From Macrostomum lignano (Eukaryota), in the NCBI GenBank assembly GCA_002269645.1, contig NIVC01000100.1, forward strand, positions 124,001-188,000: 64,000 bases of DNA. Reading direction: 5' to 3'. This document shows positions 51,795 through 64,000 of the stretch, piece by piece; position 1 is the first letter of the stretch, and each line of letters begins with the position of its first letter. Position numbers and translations under genes: made by a program. The notes below the pieces were generated by a model. It did no database searches. It worked only from the letters and a program-made list of their open reading frames with translations, and had not been told where the DNA came from.

Positions 51795-54700
51795 TTACTC
51801 ACGACTGGGATTCAGAAGCAGGTTGATCTGAAGTGGAAAAAACAGAAAATAAGAATTTTCGAAAGTAAATACTCTAGACTGAAGCTGAACTACAGCTATA
51901 GGTCCAGGGGAGGCTGGCCCAGCAACTGACACTCTGGGAGGCTGGCCCAGCAACTGACACTCTGGGAGGCTGGCCCAGCAACTGACACTCTGGGAGGCTG
52001 GCCCAGCAACTGACACTCTGGGAGGCTGGCCCCGCAACTGACACTCTGGGAGGCTGGCCCAGCAACTGACACTCTGGGAGGCTGGCCCCGCAACTGAGAC
52101 TTTGGGAGGCTGGACCAGCAACTGGGGATCTGGGAGGCTGGCCCAGCAACTGACACTCTGGGAGGCTGGCCCAGCAACTGAGGATCTGGGGGAGGCTGGC
52201 CCAGCAACTGACACTCTGAGAGGCTGGCCCAGCAACTGAGGATCTGGGGGAGGTTGGCCCAGCAACTGAGGATCTGGGGGAGGCTGGCCCAGCAACTGAG
52301 GATCTGGGAGGCTGGCCCAGCAACTGACACTCTGGGAGGCTGGCCCAGCAACTGACACTCTGGGAGGCTGGCCCAGCAACTGAGGATCTGGGGGAGGCTG
52401 GCCCAGCAACTGACACTCTGAGAGGCTGGCCCAGCAACTGAGGATCTGGGGGAGGTTGGCCCAGCAACTGAGGATCTGGGGGAGGCTGGCCAGCAACTGA
52501 GGATCTGGGAGGCTGGCCCAGCAACTGACACTCTGGGAGGCTGGCCCAGCAACTGACACTCTGGGAGGCTGGCCCAGCAACTGACACTCTGGGAGGCTGG
52601 CCCAGCAACTGACACACTGGGAGGCTGGCCCAGCAACTGACACTCTTGGAGGCTGGCCCAGCATCTGACACTCTTGGAGGCTGGCCCAGCAACTGAGGAT
52701 CTGAGAGGCTGGCCCAGCAAGAGGATCTCAGATGAACTACATGTACACAAGCTGTAAACACCCTAGTTGGACATCTTATGAGGTGCTATTCAACATCATC
52801 AGCCCAGCTTACCTGTTCAACCGTAGGACAAGCAATTATCTGCAGTTCCTCTTCCGTATAGTGCTTCTCTAGTATTGACTCGATGCTTTTGAAGCACTGC
52901 AGAGTGTTGGCCTGTCCATGGGAGATAAATGCAACCAGCTGGCTATTATTGGCAAGGTAATATGGCAAACAAACGATAGATAGAGAAATTCCAAGTGTGC
53001 TATCAGGTGCTCACCTCTCTTTTAATACATAAATATATTCTAATACTAGCGCAATACTCAGAATAAATCCTCTGTTGGATAAATTACACTTCATAGAAAC
53101 CTTGCACTAAAGAAGTCTATTAATAAATATTGGCTTTAAACTACGACGTATCATTAACATACATAAAGTTACATATTCAATATTCTCTAAGAACAATGCC
53201 TTGGTAACTGAAAGACAAAAAGGACAGAAAAATGATTAATCAGCCTTGGATCAATTGGCAAAACAATCCTAAAATTGGATAAACCTATATTAAAATGGGA
53301 CAAACAAATTTGAAAATTGGACTAACCAATCTAAAAATTGGACAAACCAATGTTAAAATTGGACAAACCAATCTTAAAATTTGACAAACAAATCTGAAAA
53401 AATGGGCAAACCAATCTGAAAATTTGACGAACCTATCCTAAAATTGGACAAACCAATCTGAAAACTGGACAAACCTATCCTAAAATTGGACAAACCAATC
53501 TTAAAATTGGACAAACCAATCTTAAAATTGGTCAAACCAATCTTAAAATTGGTCAAACCAATCTAAAAATCGTACAAACCAGAGGAAGCCTATTTATAAG
53601 TGGATTGCTCACCTTAATCGGCCTGAACAGTATATGCTCAGTGTCCTGATTAGCCAGATACAATCGCAGACTATTCAATAAGGCAGGCACCTGAGTCTTC
53701 AATCTTTTATAAGCCTCAGCCAATAAATCGTGCAATTTCTCCGGCGCAGACCAAGGCTGATTGCGTAACAAAGCAACGTTTCCGGCGGACTGTTTGGCAC
53801 TATTGGAGTTGAGCTCCTCCAAGTTGGAGTACATTTTGCAGAACTCCGCAACGCCTTGCGTTAGGCGCTCGCTAGCAGAGGTGATGAATCTTTGACAGGT
53901 TGCTCGGAGCTGGGAGTCCACCTAGCGAGTAGATTGGGACTCACCTGAACTAGTATGCTGTCTTGTCACTGCACAGTTTTTCAATTCTTTTCCTGACTGT
54001 CACTCTACTGGAATTTTCACTCTCAGACCTATATAGTCACTCTCAGACCTATATAGTCACTCTCAGACCTATATAGTCAATCTCAGACCTAAATAGTCAA
54101 TCTCAGACCTAAATAGTCAATATCAGACCTAAATAGTCAATCTCAGACCTATATAGTCAATCACAGACCTATATAGTCAATCTCAGACCTATATAGTCAC
54201 TCTCAGACCTATATAGTCAATCTCAGACCTATATAGTCACTCTCAGACCTATATAGTCACTCTCAGACCTATATAGTCAATCTCAGACCTATATAGTCAA
54301 TCTCAGACCTATATAGTCAATCTCAGACTTATATAGTCAATCTCAGACCTATATAGTCAATCTCAGACCTATATAGTCAATCTCAGACTTATATAGTCAC
54401 TCTCAGACCTATATAGTCAATCTCAGACCTATATAGTCAATCTCAGACCTATATAGTCAATCTCAGACCTATATAGTCAATCTCAGACCTATATAGTCAA
54501 TCTCAGACCTATATAGTCAATCTCAGACCTATATAGTCAATCTCAGACCTATATAGTACTATATCTTCAATTTCAGACCTATATAGTGACTCCCAGAAGT
54601 ATATAGTGACTCCCAGACCTATATAGCTACTCTCAGATCTATATAATCACTAACAGACCCATACAGTCGCTCCCAGACCTACACAGTCCCTCTCAAGACA

Positions 54701-57700
54701 GTCACTCGCAAAAGCCGCACAAAAGCATATTGCAAGCAACAAAATACAAACCTGCTGTCTGCAATCCAGCGTATTCTCAACTACATCCGGGTGACTATCG
54801 AGCAGAAACTGCAGAAAAGCATTGTTCCGATTCAATGCCAACAATCTGCCCCTAGCAGAGAACAGATTGACAGCCGCTGAACGCATCTTACTAAAGTCTA
54901 AACTGGCCTCTTTAATGATGCCGCCGGCGTCAAATTGAAACGGAGCAACTTGTTCGCGCAGAATCAGTAGATGCTTCATTAAAAATAGGTCGCAATCTAC
55001 AGAAGTTTTACGACCAGCGATTGACTTTGAAGCGGATAGCAGGGACTGGACGCAGAGGTCCAACACTTCCTGGGCAAGGCCTTGAAATGTGCCTCTGTCT
55101 AGGCACCTGCTTAGCTTAGATAGCAGCGTCAGAGTTCGGCGCACTGTGGGATACCACATGCCGTGCAGGTCAGCTGGGGACAGCGGCATGTTGGTCGACA
55201 CCGATGAAGGTGGGTGGGGAGCCGCCAGGCCAGCGTCCGCCAGGGCGCCTCCGGCTGACACCTGCGAGTGAGACGGAGTACCCAGCTTTTGTGACAGGCT
55301 GCCCAGTAACTGAGGATTTGGGAGGGTGGCTTAGCAACTGACACTCTTGGAGACTGGCCCAGCAACTGAGGATTTGGGAGGCTGGCCCAGCAACTGAGGA
55401 TCTGAGAGGCTGGCCCAGCAACTGAGGATTTGGGAGGCTGGCCCAGCAACTGAGGATTTGGGAGGCTGGCCCAGCAACTGTCACTCTGGGAGGCTGGCCC
55501 AGCAACTGACACTCTGGGAGGCTGGCCCAGCAACTGACACTCTGGGAAGCTGGCCCAGCAACTGACACTCTGGGAGGCTAGCCCAGCAACTGACACTCTG
55601 GGAGGCTGGCCCAGCAACTGACACTCTGGAAGGCTGGCCCAGCAACTGAGGATTTGGGAGGCTGGCCCAGCAACTGAGGATTTGGGAGGCTGGCCCAGCA
55701 GCTGACACTCTTGGAGGCTGGCTTAGCAACTGAGGATCTGGGAGGGCGCCAGCTGAGGCAAAGCTGAGTCCAACAAAAAACCTGCCCAAACGAGGAAATT
55801 CTATTCTTGCAGGGAGTGTCCGAACACGAAGGAAAGCTGCTTGACGTCAAAGCCATTTAATTATCAGCCAATTAGTCGAAAAATAACAATTTTTGGGAAA
55901 AGATGGGAGCCGGAAAACAGATGCTGCACAATTAAAAAACAAAGGGAGCTTAATATAATAGAAGAGGCGAGAAGGAACATCTAATTAGTGCCTATTAGTG
56001 CCTAATGAGAGTTTTTCTGCTGAAAATGTTTCTTAAAAGGACGCGAACTGCACACAATCATAGGATACACATGGCTAATTACTTATTGTAAAATTATTGC
56101 AAGCAGTAGAGAATATTGTTTTAACAGTAACCTCATCAAAATCAAAAGATCCACTTTAGAGTGAACTATTCAATCTCTATAAGTTCATATGAAAGTACAT
56201 TCAATCGGTTCAAGAACTACACAAAAGTTCACATTCAATCGGTTCAAAAGCTATAAAAAAGTACATTCAATCGGTTCAAAAGCTACACTCAATCGGTTCA
56301 AAAGCTACACAAAAGTACATCCAATTGGTTCAAAAGCTACACAAAAGTACATTCAATCGGTTCAAAAGCTACACAAAAGTACATTTAATCGGTTCAAAAG
56401 CTACACAAAAGTACATTCAGTCAATCACAACCCTATGCAAAAGTGCATAGAATCTATTTAATTCATAACTTAAAAGTAGATGAACCCTATCATAATTGAA
56501 ACCCATGCAAAATTAATTGCAGACGGTCAGTATCTCACTCAAAAGTACGTAATCGATTAAACGTACTACAGACAGCTATCAAGCCTCCCTAAGCAATCAT
56601 AATATTTGTCACAAACCTACTCTTAATATACTACTTGAAGATCATTGGTACATAAAAGCTCACCACTCCAATCTTGTATCATCCCTAAAAAAATACTCAC
56701 CTGTCCAGTATTAAGACTATCAGCGATATTTCTCATCATCTCAAGCTTCTCCGGATAAGCCAAGTCCCCCGGAGCCGGCCGGAAGCCCAGAATCTCGGAA
56801 TTAGCATAGACGTGAGTCCGATAGACCAGGCGCTCTTGAACGTCCGCTAAGATGGATCGACAGGCCCAGACAAAAGCAGCACCGGCCTCGGGTTCCGGCG
56901 CTGGCGGTATAGTGTCCGCAGCATCCAGTGAGGCGGTCGATTCTTGGTCTGAAAACAGTCCAAATTAATAATGCAGATTCGTGAGATTCAATGCTGCTTA
57001 TACACGAATGCAGGAATTCCCTAGATGGGATTCTCCATAAGAACAGGGCGCTAACAACCTTTAATTCCCACATAGAAACTCCAAATGGTCATGGATTTCC
57101 AAGCTCAAATTCGCCATAAAGAAAGGATTCACCATAGAATACCAAAAATGGAGATATTCCAAAGAAATAGGATTCTCCATTGAAACCGGTATTTCAAATA
57201 GACACTGGCATCCCAAATAAAAATGGGGATTTTTCATAGACACTAGGCTTCCTCAAAGAAACAGGGATTTTTCATAGACACTGGGCATCATTATAGAAAC
57301 TGAGATTTCCCATAGAAACTAGAATTCCTCATTAAAAAACGGGGATTCCCCATAGACACTGGGGTTTCCTATAAAAAAGGGATCTCTTAAAGATTCTAGG
57401 ATTCTCCATAGAAACGGGCATTCCCCATAGAAACAGGGATTCTCCATAGAAACAGGGATTCTCCATAGAAATAGGAATTCCCCATAGAAACAGGGATTCT
57501 CCATAGAAACAGGCGTTCCCTATAGAAACAGGCATTCCCCATAGAAACAGGGATTCTCCATAGAAACAGGCATTCCCCATAGAAACAGGGATTCTCCATA
57601 GGAACAGGGATTCCCCAGAAACTGGGATTTCCCATAGAGACTGGGATTCACCATAGAAACAGGGATTCCGCATAGCATCAATCAGTTCGCCAAGCACAAC

Positions 57701-60700
57701 GCAAGCTTCAATAACCTTGTCCGTCGTCCCGCTGCACTTGCTGCTGCTGTTGGGCGGCCAAGTCGATAGCCTCGCGCTGTAAAATATGGCACAATTCGCT
57801 CAACGTCTCCAAATGCTGCAAATGCACAACTGTCGGTCGGAAAGCGTCATAAAATGTTGAGCAAAGCCGGCGAAGCATAGCAGTCAGCAGCGGATGCAGA
57901 GAGCGAAAGAACTGACGAAACAGGCTCTCCTCGTCATCGCACAGATGCAATAGAAACGAACAGCCAGTCCGAGCCAGGCTGCAATGATCTGTGGAACAGC
58001 GAGCGGTCATCTCGGTTACAGCGGCTTGTACACTCGGCCGGAGCAGGCGTTCCCGATGTTGCACGTAGGCGGCGGCGCATTCGTGCAAAGCGGATTGATA
58101 GTCCTGACTGCGAGACCAGCGGTCTTCTAATAGTTCCATTAGCGGTCGGACCTGTGATAAAAATATGGCATTTAGAAATGTGCAATTTATGCTACTGAAT
58201 AGGAACTTGTCAGTAGACTAGTAAAAAAATTTCTTGTCCTTTCATATTTAATGGTTATAATATATAGTGAAACTAAAATAATTACTTTATGGAAATATTA
58301 TAAAACGGAAAGCGAGGAATTTGAGAGAATTGAAAAATGGGATTAAATTCAATGGATTTATAGGAATTTGAACGGATTAGAAAATGGGATTAAATTCAAT
58401 GGATTTATAGGAATTTGAACGGATTAGAAAATGGGATTAAATTCAATGGATTTATAGGAATTTGAACGGATTAGAAAATGGGATTAAATTCAATGGATTT
58501 ATAGGAATTTGAACGGATTAGAAAATGGGATTAAATTCAATGGATTTATAGGAATCTGAACGGATTAGAAAATGGGATTAAATTCAATGGATTTACAGGA
58601 ATTCAAAGGGATTAGAAAATGGGATTAAATTCAATGGGTTTATAGGAATTTGAAGGGATTAGAAAATGGGATTAAATTCAATGGGTTTATAGGAATTTGA
58701 ACTGATTAGAAAATGGGATTAAATTCAATGGATTTATAGAAATTTGAACGGATTAGAAAATGGGATTAAATTCAATGGGTTTATAGGAATTCGAACGGAT
58801 TAGAAAATGGGATTAAATTCAATGGATTTATAGAAATTTGAAGGGATTAGAAAATGGGATTAAATTCAATGGGTTTATAGGAATTTGAACGGATTAGAAA
58901 ATGGGATTTAATTCAATGGATTTATAGGAAGTTGAACGGATTAGAAAATGGGATTAAATTCAATGGATTTATAGGAATTCGAACGGATTAGAAAATGGGA
59001 TTAAATTCAATGGATTTATAGGAATTCGAACGGATTAGAAAATGGGATTAAATTCAATGGATTTATAGAAATTTGAAGGGATTAGAAAATGGGATTAAAT
59101 TCAATGGGTTTATAGGAATTTGAGCGGATTTAAAATGGGATTGAATTCAATGGGATCTTGAGGAATTTGAGCAGATTAAAATCGACATAGGTATAAACTA
59201 TTATATAGACAAATATTCACCTTGGCGCTGTGACTTCTAAACCGCCCATAGAACAGAGTGAACGCATTCTCGGGCGAGAGTTGATCAATTTGCGACTCCA
59301 AGCTGAACACTGCATTCTCCAGTACTGAGAACACCGAATCGTGAATGAGAGTCAGGCATCGGGCCAAAACCTGTTTAAACTTCACGTGATAAGCGTGCGC
59401 CTCTTTGAATTCTGGATGGCGATTGACGAATTCTAAGCAGTCATCGATTTGGCTCAGCACGGGTTGTAGTGATTCGGCGGTCACTTGCAGATAGGGTGAG
59501 TTCAGTTTCTGCAAACAGTTATTGGGATAATGTATCCGGAACTAGGAAGTAACTGAGGCTCACTGTTTCTAATAGTATATATAATAACTATTACAAAATT
59601 CAGGTCGTAATTATTACGAACTTGATCCCAAATATTGATAATCAGATCCCGACTACTAAGAACCAGATCTCAATTATTCATAGTTTAGATCCCAATTATT
59701 AATATTCAGATTTCCAATTATTAATATTCAGACCCCAATTATTAATATTCAGACTCCAATAATTAATATTCAGATTCCCAATAATTAATATTCAGACCCC
59801 AATTACTAATATTCAGATCCCAATTACTAAGAGTCAAATCGCAATTACAAAAATTCAGATAACAAAACTTCAAAGATTCCACATTATCCGGCTTTTAAAT
59901 ATTTAGTAAATAATACTAGCCATTTAGCCCCCCTCCGGGTGGCTTCTTAGCAGTTTAGCGCTTGTCTATAAGCAGTTTTGCACAGTCGCTGAGCAAATCT
60001 CACTAATCTCTGAGAAGTTCTGCAGTAGCAAATCTCTAAGCAGTTGTACACCAATTTTACTGAGACTAAAAAGTTCTAAAAAGTTACATTTCTTAATGTT
60101 TGAAACTTTGCAATGTCAATTCATTTATAGTTCTTTTATAATTATTCGTTATTTTCAAATTCTTACCAGATTAGCACTATTCTCCCATATTAGCCCTACA
60201 CCCCCAGATTAGCCCCACTTCCCCCAGATTAGCACTACTCCTCCCATATTAGCCGCACACCCCCAGATTAGCCCCACTCTCCCGAGATTAGCACTACGCC
60301 TAGATTAGCACTGCGCCCAGATTAGCACTCAGCCCAGATTAGCACTCAGCCCAGATTAGCACTCAGCCCAGATTAGCACTCAGCCCAGATTAGCACTCAG
60401 CCCAGATTAGCACTCAGCCTAGATTAGCACTCAGCCTAGATTAGCACTCAGCCCAGATTAGCATTCAGCCAAGATTAGCACTCAGCCTAGATTAGCACTC
60501 AGCCCAGATTAGCACTCAGCCTAGATTAGCACTCAGCCCAGATTAGCACTCAGCCTAGATTAGCACTCAGCCCAGATTAGCACTCAGCCTAGATTAGCAC
60601 CGCTCCACAGATTACCGCCGCTTCCCAGATAGTTTTACCTTCCCAGATTTGCACTACTTCTCCAGATTTGCACCACTCCGCAAAAATTCGCACCGCTACT

Positions 60701-63353
60701 TTCTCCAGATTAGCCCCAATCCCCCAGATTAGCCCAATCCCCCAGATTAGCCCCAATCCCCCAGATTAGCCCCAATCCCCCAGATTAGCCCCCCCCCCAC
60801 TCCTTTATATTGGCCCCACTCCCTTAGATAGCACCGCTCCCCAGATTAGCACCACTCCCAAACTGCTAAAAGGTGACTACTATTATCGCCTCAGAAGTTT
60901 AAAGTTAAACCCTCCCCAGAAATTGGCAGTTATCCCCACAACAACCTGAAATTATCCCTTCTAATTCCGCAAAACAGACTGCAGTCATACAACTCATTTG
61001 CACTCTACAACTTTTATTATTATTATTCATTTATCCCTCAGGGACCCAGAATTGTCCCTTCTGCAAGCTACAATTATTCACAGTTAGATATCCTCCTCAG
61101 AAGTCTGCCATTATTATCCTAGCAGTCTGCAGCTATCCCCTCGGCAGTTTGCAGCTTATACGCTCATAAGTCTCGAGAAACTAACCAACGTCAGCAGTTT
61201 GCAGTTTGTCCCCTTTGCAGTCTGCAATGATCCCTTCAACAATCTGCAGTTCCCCTCAGTAGTCTGCAGTCAATTAATTTGCAGTCAGCAAGTGTTTCCT
61301 TAATAATTCTCATTTATCCCCTCAGCAGTCTGCAGTTCTCTCAGCTGGCCCCTCAGTATTCTCAGCAAACTGCAATGATATTTTCAATGATTTAAAAATT
61401 GTCCCCCACAGACATGAACAGACATGAACCTTTTACGACGGTGCACTAATCAATTTTCGATACAATATTGGCAGTCTTGCGCAACTCAGCATTTAGCAAT
61501 AACTCAGCAGTTTAGCAGCATCGTCTACAGCAATGATCTTTTCAACAATGTAGAAATTAGCTCAGCATTTTATGGCTCACTAATCGATTTTCGATACATA
61601 TCGGCAATCTTTTGCACCACTCAGCATTTAGCAATACAGTTTAGCAGCATCATCTGCAGTTAAGTAATTATCTACTTCTATAAACCTAGATAATAACAAT
61701 TAATGGGATCTTAGGATTTTACAAATCAAACCAAATTTGCTTAGTGGCTTGTGCGAGTAGCAAAAATAAATTATTGTAATTAATAAAAAAATTTTGATTG
61801 CTCAGGCAATAGATAATTAATCAAGCAATTCTCAAAATAGTCAAGGCACAAGCTACTAATGAATGAATTTATTTAATTTTAATTATCCGCTGGGGAGGCA
61901 GACTCGAACCTTGGACCTTACGCCTAGCCTAAACCTAGTCCTAGTGCCTACACTGCGGCTATTCCGCCTACTGATTGGAGCGCGCAAAAATCAGCGATAT
62001 ATGCTTCGGCACTGCAGTCAAATACATAGCAGTGATAGGCTGCTCAGTGTGCACAGGTTGTATGCAGGCAGAGCCAATGCACAGTTGAGTGAAATCTATA
62101 AATAGCAATTGTCTATGCAGTCCGCCAGTCAGCCAGGGTCAGAATGTACACACGCAGCCACTCAGCATTATTTTCCTCTCCCTTATTGCAGCCAGTATTG
62201 AGGCGTACGCAGTGAACAGAGAAAAGTTGTGACGCAATCTTAATTGGAATTGAAATTCAGTTAGTGAGATTTTGACCTTTTCTAGCTTTCCATTGAAAGC
62301 ATTGAGAAAACTCGTTTTTCGAATATTTAACCATCTTCCCATTCGATTTTTTTCAATGCAATTACACCCACACAATCTCACAAGAATTTGCAATTGAATA
62401 AAGCAAGTTTGAAAAAATCGGTTCAGGCATTCAGGCTGTAGACTGAAATACCGGTCAGACAGACAGACAGACAGACCTTAGAGATTTAGTATATTGTGAT
62501 ACTATAGACTCACTGCAGAGATCCTGTCGTAATGATTGAAATAGTCCAGACAGGTGTCAATCTGCTGTGCCCTTTGCAAAAGCCGATCCTGCTCAGCTAG
62601 CAGGTGCTCACAATCGTGATGCAAAGCATTAGTTTTTCCCGCCACTTCGCTGTACTGAGCTCGAAGTCTGTCCAAACTGTTCAGGGTGTCTGACACGCCT
62701 TGGAGAAATTCCTGCCATTTTAAGCGCTCCTTTTGAAGGCCGGCTTGAACGCTCCTGCAGTGATTTAGAGCTCAAGCTTTTTTGTATCATAGCATGCATT
62801 GACACATTAACTTTTACCCCATCCTAAATTTGATGGAATCCCTTTTATTATACAATTATTTATACTTAAAAAAGAAATTAATGACAAAATTGAACCCATA
62901 ACGAATGACTGATAAAATATATCCCTAATGTTTACAAGAAATTACTTTGACATTTGACTTTTTGGGGGAAATTGCTGAGATGTCAAGACTAAGAGGTCAG
63001 AAGCTACATGTAGTTTATTCAAAAAATTTTATTACATTCCTTGTTGCTTCTCGAACAGGATGCTGATTGCTAGAATTACCTTTACCTTACTTCATTGATT
63101 TAATTTTTATTGGAAAATTAAGCCACAATCAATGAATAAATGAGCAAATTCATAAAATTTAATGCATACCTAACCAGCATGTCACTTGGATCATCAGACT
63201 CATCCTCGTACTCCTTATACCATTCGAGAAACTGAAATTGATTTGTCAAACCAATTATTATGAGTTCAAGTTTGCTAATAATATAGTTTTGTTATTGTTG
63301 AATTTACTTACCTCAGTTATGTTTGTTAACTCTGTGATATTATCTGATGAATT
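51795..63353 (-). CDS. COG3: Conserved oligomeric Golgi complex subunit 3 (Sec34), at least 10 coding exons; N-terminal exon(s) not located
   Basis: Exons (minus strand, 5' to 3'): 63353-63312, 63231-63170, 62754-62514, 59508-59221, 58151-57716, 56948-56701, 55261-54752, 53921-53613, 52911-52813, 51827-51795. All junctions are GT-AG and phase-consistent. Conserved COG3 motifs: KLNSP, NAFTLFY..FR, DHCSLARTGCSF, HLETLSELC, DVQERLVYRTH, PAPGDLAYP.KL, SPADLHGMWYPTVRRTL, LFLMKHLLILREQVAPF, QPW, YLANQDTEHILFRPI, QIIACPTVEQ. Confidence 0.93.
51908..52730 (-). repeat. CAGTTGCTGGGCCAGC-family minisatellite (24-bp units) in the last COG3 intron
   Basis: GGAGGCTGGCCCAGCAACTGACACTCTG tandem units on the + strand. 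Confidence 0.93.
53265..53580. repeat. 21-bp minisatellite (AAAATTGGACAAACCAATCTT) in a COG3 intron
   Basis: Tandem units. Confidence 0.85.
54020..54640. repeat. 20-bp minisatellite (TCTCAGACCTATATAGTCAA) in a COG3 intron
   Basis: Homogeneous tandem units. Confidence 0.95.
55305..55745 (-). repeat. CAGTTGCTGGGCCAGC-family minisatellite in a COG3 intron
   Basis: Same family as 5128-5940 and 51908-52730. Confidence 0.92.
56190..56420. repeat. ~32-bp minisatellite (AAAAGTACATTCAATCGGTTCAAAAGCTACAC)
   Basis: Tandem units. Confidence 0.85.
57020..57675. repeat. ~19-20-bp minisatellite (CCATAGAAACAGGGATTCT) in a COG3 intron
   Basis: Tandem, degenerate units. Confidence 0.85.
58330..59175. repeat. 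47-bp minisatellite (GGATTAGAAAATGGGATTAAATTCAATGGATTTATAGGAATTTGAAC)
   Basis: The period of 47 was measured from unit starts at 58374 and 58421. Confidence 0.95.
60170..60850. repeat. 17-bp minisatellite (CCCAGATTAGCACTCAG) with degenerate flanks
   Basis: Tandem units. Confidence 0.9.
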
Positions 63354-63544
63354 CTAAAATGATAGATAAAAATCTTTATTTGTGTTTTATCATCATTGTC
63401 AATGTTAAATATGTTAAAAAAACAACAGAGTCCAAGGATGTTCACTTTATTGAACCCAGCATAAAAACATTAGTAACATTATATAAAACTACATAGTATA
63501 CTTAATACTGCATATAACTTTAGCTTAATACTTAGTATAAACCT

Positions 63545-63620
63545 TCCATATACTAAAAATGGTCAGTAGGTAGGTATGTGGGTATGTGATCATTTGTATC
63601 TACAATTTGATAGTCTACAA
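63545..63620 (+). mobile_element. 5' end of another member of the Helitron-like family
   Basis: TCCATATACTAAAAATG is identical to the first 17 nt of copy 2 (15250) and is followed by a different short microsatellite (GTAGGTAGGTATGT). Confidence 0.5.
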
Positions 63621-63645
63621 CAGAGGTCAGCAACCCTTTTCCACT
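63621..63645 (+). mobile_element. Possible hAT (Charlie-like) terminal inverted repeat
   Basis: CAGAGGTCAGCAACCCTTTT resembles the CAGGGGTCRGCAACC termini of hAT elements and is preceded by GTCTACAA (close to the NTCTAGAN target preference). No partner TIR was seen in the window. Confidence 0.3.
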
Positions 63646-64000
63646 TGAGGTTTTTAGTCCAAGACCATGGGCCACAGTGGGACATTTAGGTGGAAGGGAT
63701 TTTAGAATTAAAAAAACAACTGTATTATAATTTGATGCATTCTTAGAAAGTCCAATTCCACTATACTGTCAGCCCTATAAATGTACATTTGTACCCCTGC
63801 TGTTGGCCAGCTCCACCACCCCTTTTTTTGCTGCTAGGCCACACTCAGGAAGGTGTCACATGTGCGCGGGAATATATTTCAGCATATTTTTGGAGTGTGC
63901 ACTGTGCGCGAAGCTAAAATATGAATTTGTGCGCCGAGGTCTACATTCGTTTATTGACAAATACATAGCTAGAGTACTAATACGCCGTAGCACTAAAAAC

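Noticed and set aside
55745-55860. Possible extra COG3 exon next to the minisatellite
   Set aside because: The flanking exons (ending 56701, starting 55261) already join in phase 0, and no donor site follows the candidate acceptor.

Overview
Eukaryotic (metazoan) genomic DNA that is very rich in mini- and microsatellites. Most ORFs in the supplied track are translations of repeats. Five protein-coding genes are supported, four of them by reconstructed GT-AG splicing: the 3' end of a KLHL20/diablo kelch gene (+), endonuclease G (+), a three-exon class A neuropeptide-type GPCR (+), an intronless tubulin cofactor A (TBCA, -) and a 10+-exon COG3 gene (-). Also present are a dead mariner transposase, two tRNA-derived SINE-like heads and a ~13 kb 17-bp satellite with layered higher-order repeats. 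The most unusual structure is an ~11.2 kb head-to-tail dimer of a non-autonomous Helitron-like element (9562-20728). It has TC 5' ends and hairpin+CTAG 3' ends and no target-site duplication. Each copy carries two satellite arrays, two tRNA-like Pol III cassettes and an internal (TTAGGG)n tract. The style (a different minisatellite in almost every intron) is reminiscent of the flatworm Macrostomum, but the species cannot be established from the sequence alone. All identities, counts and repeat boundaries were read by eye.
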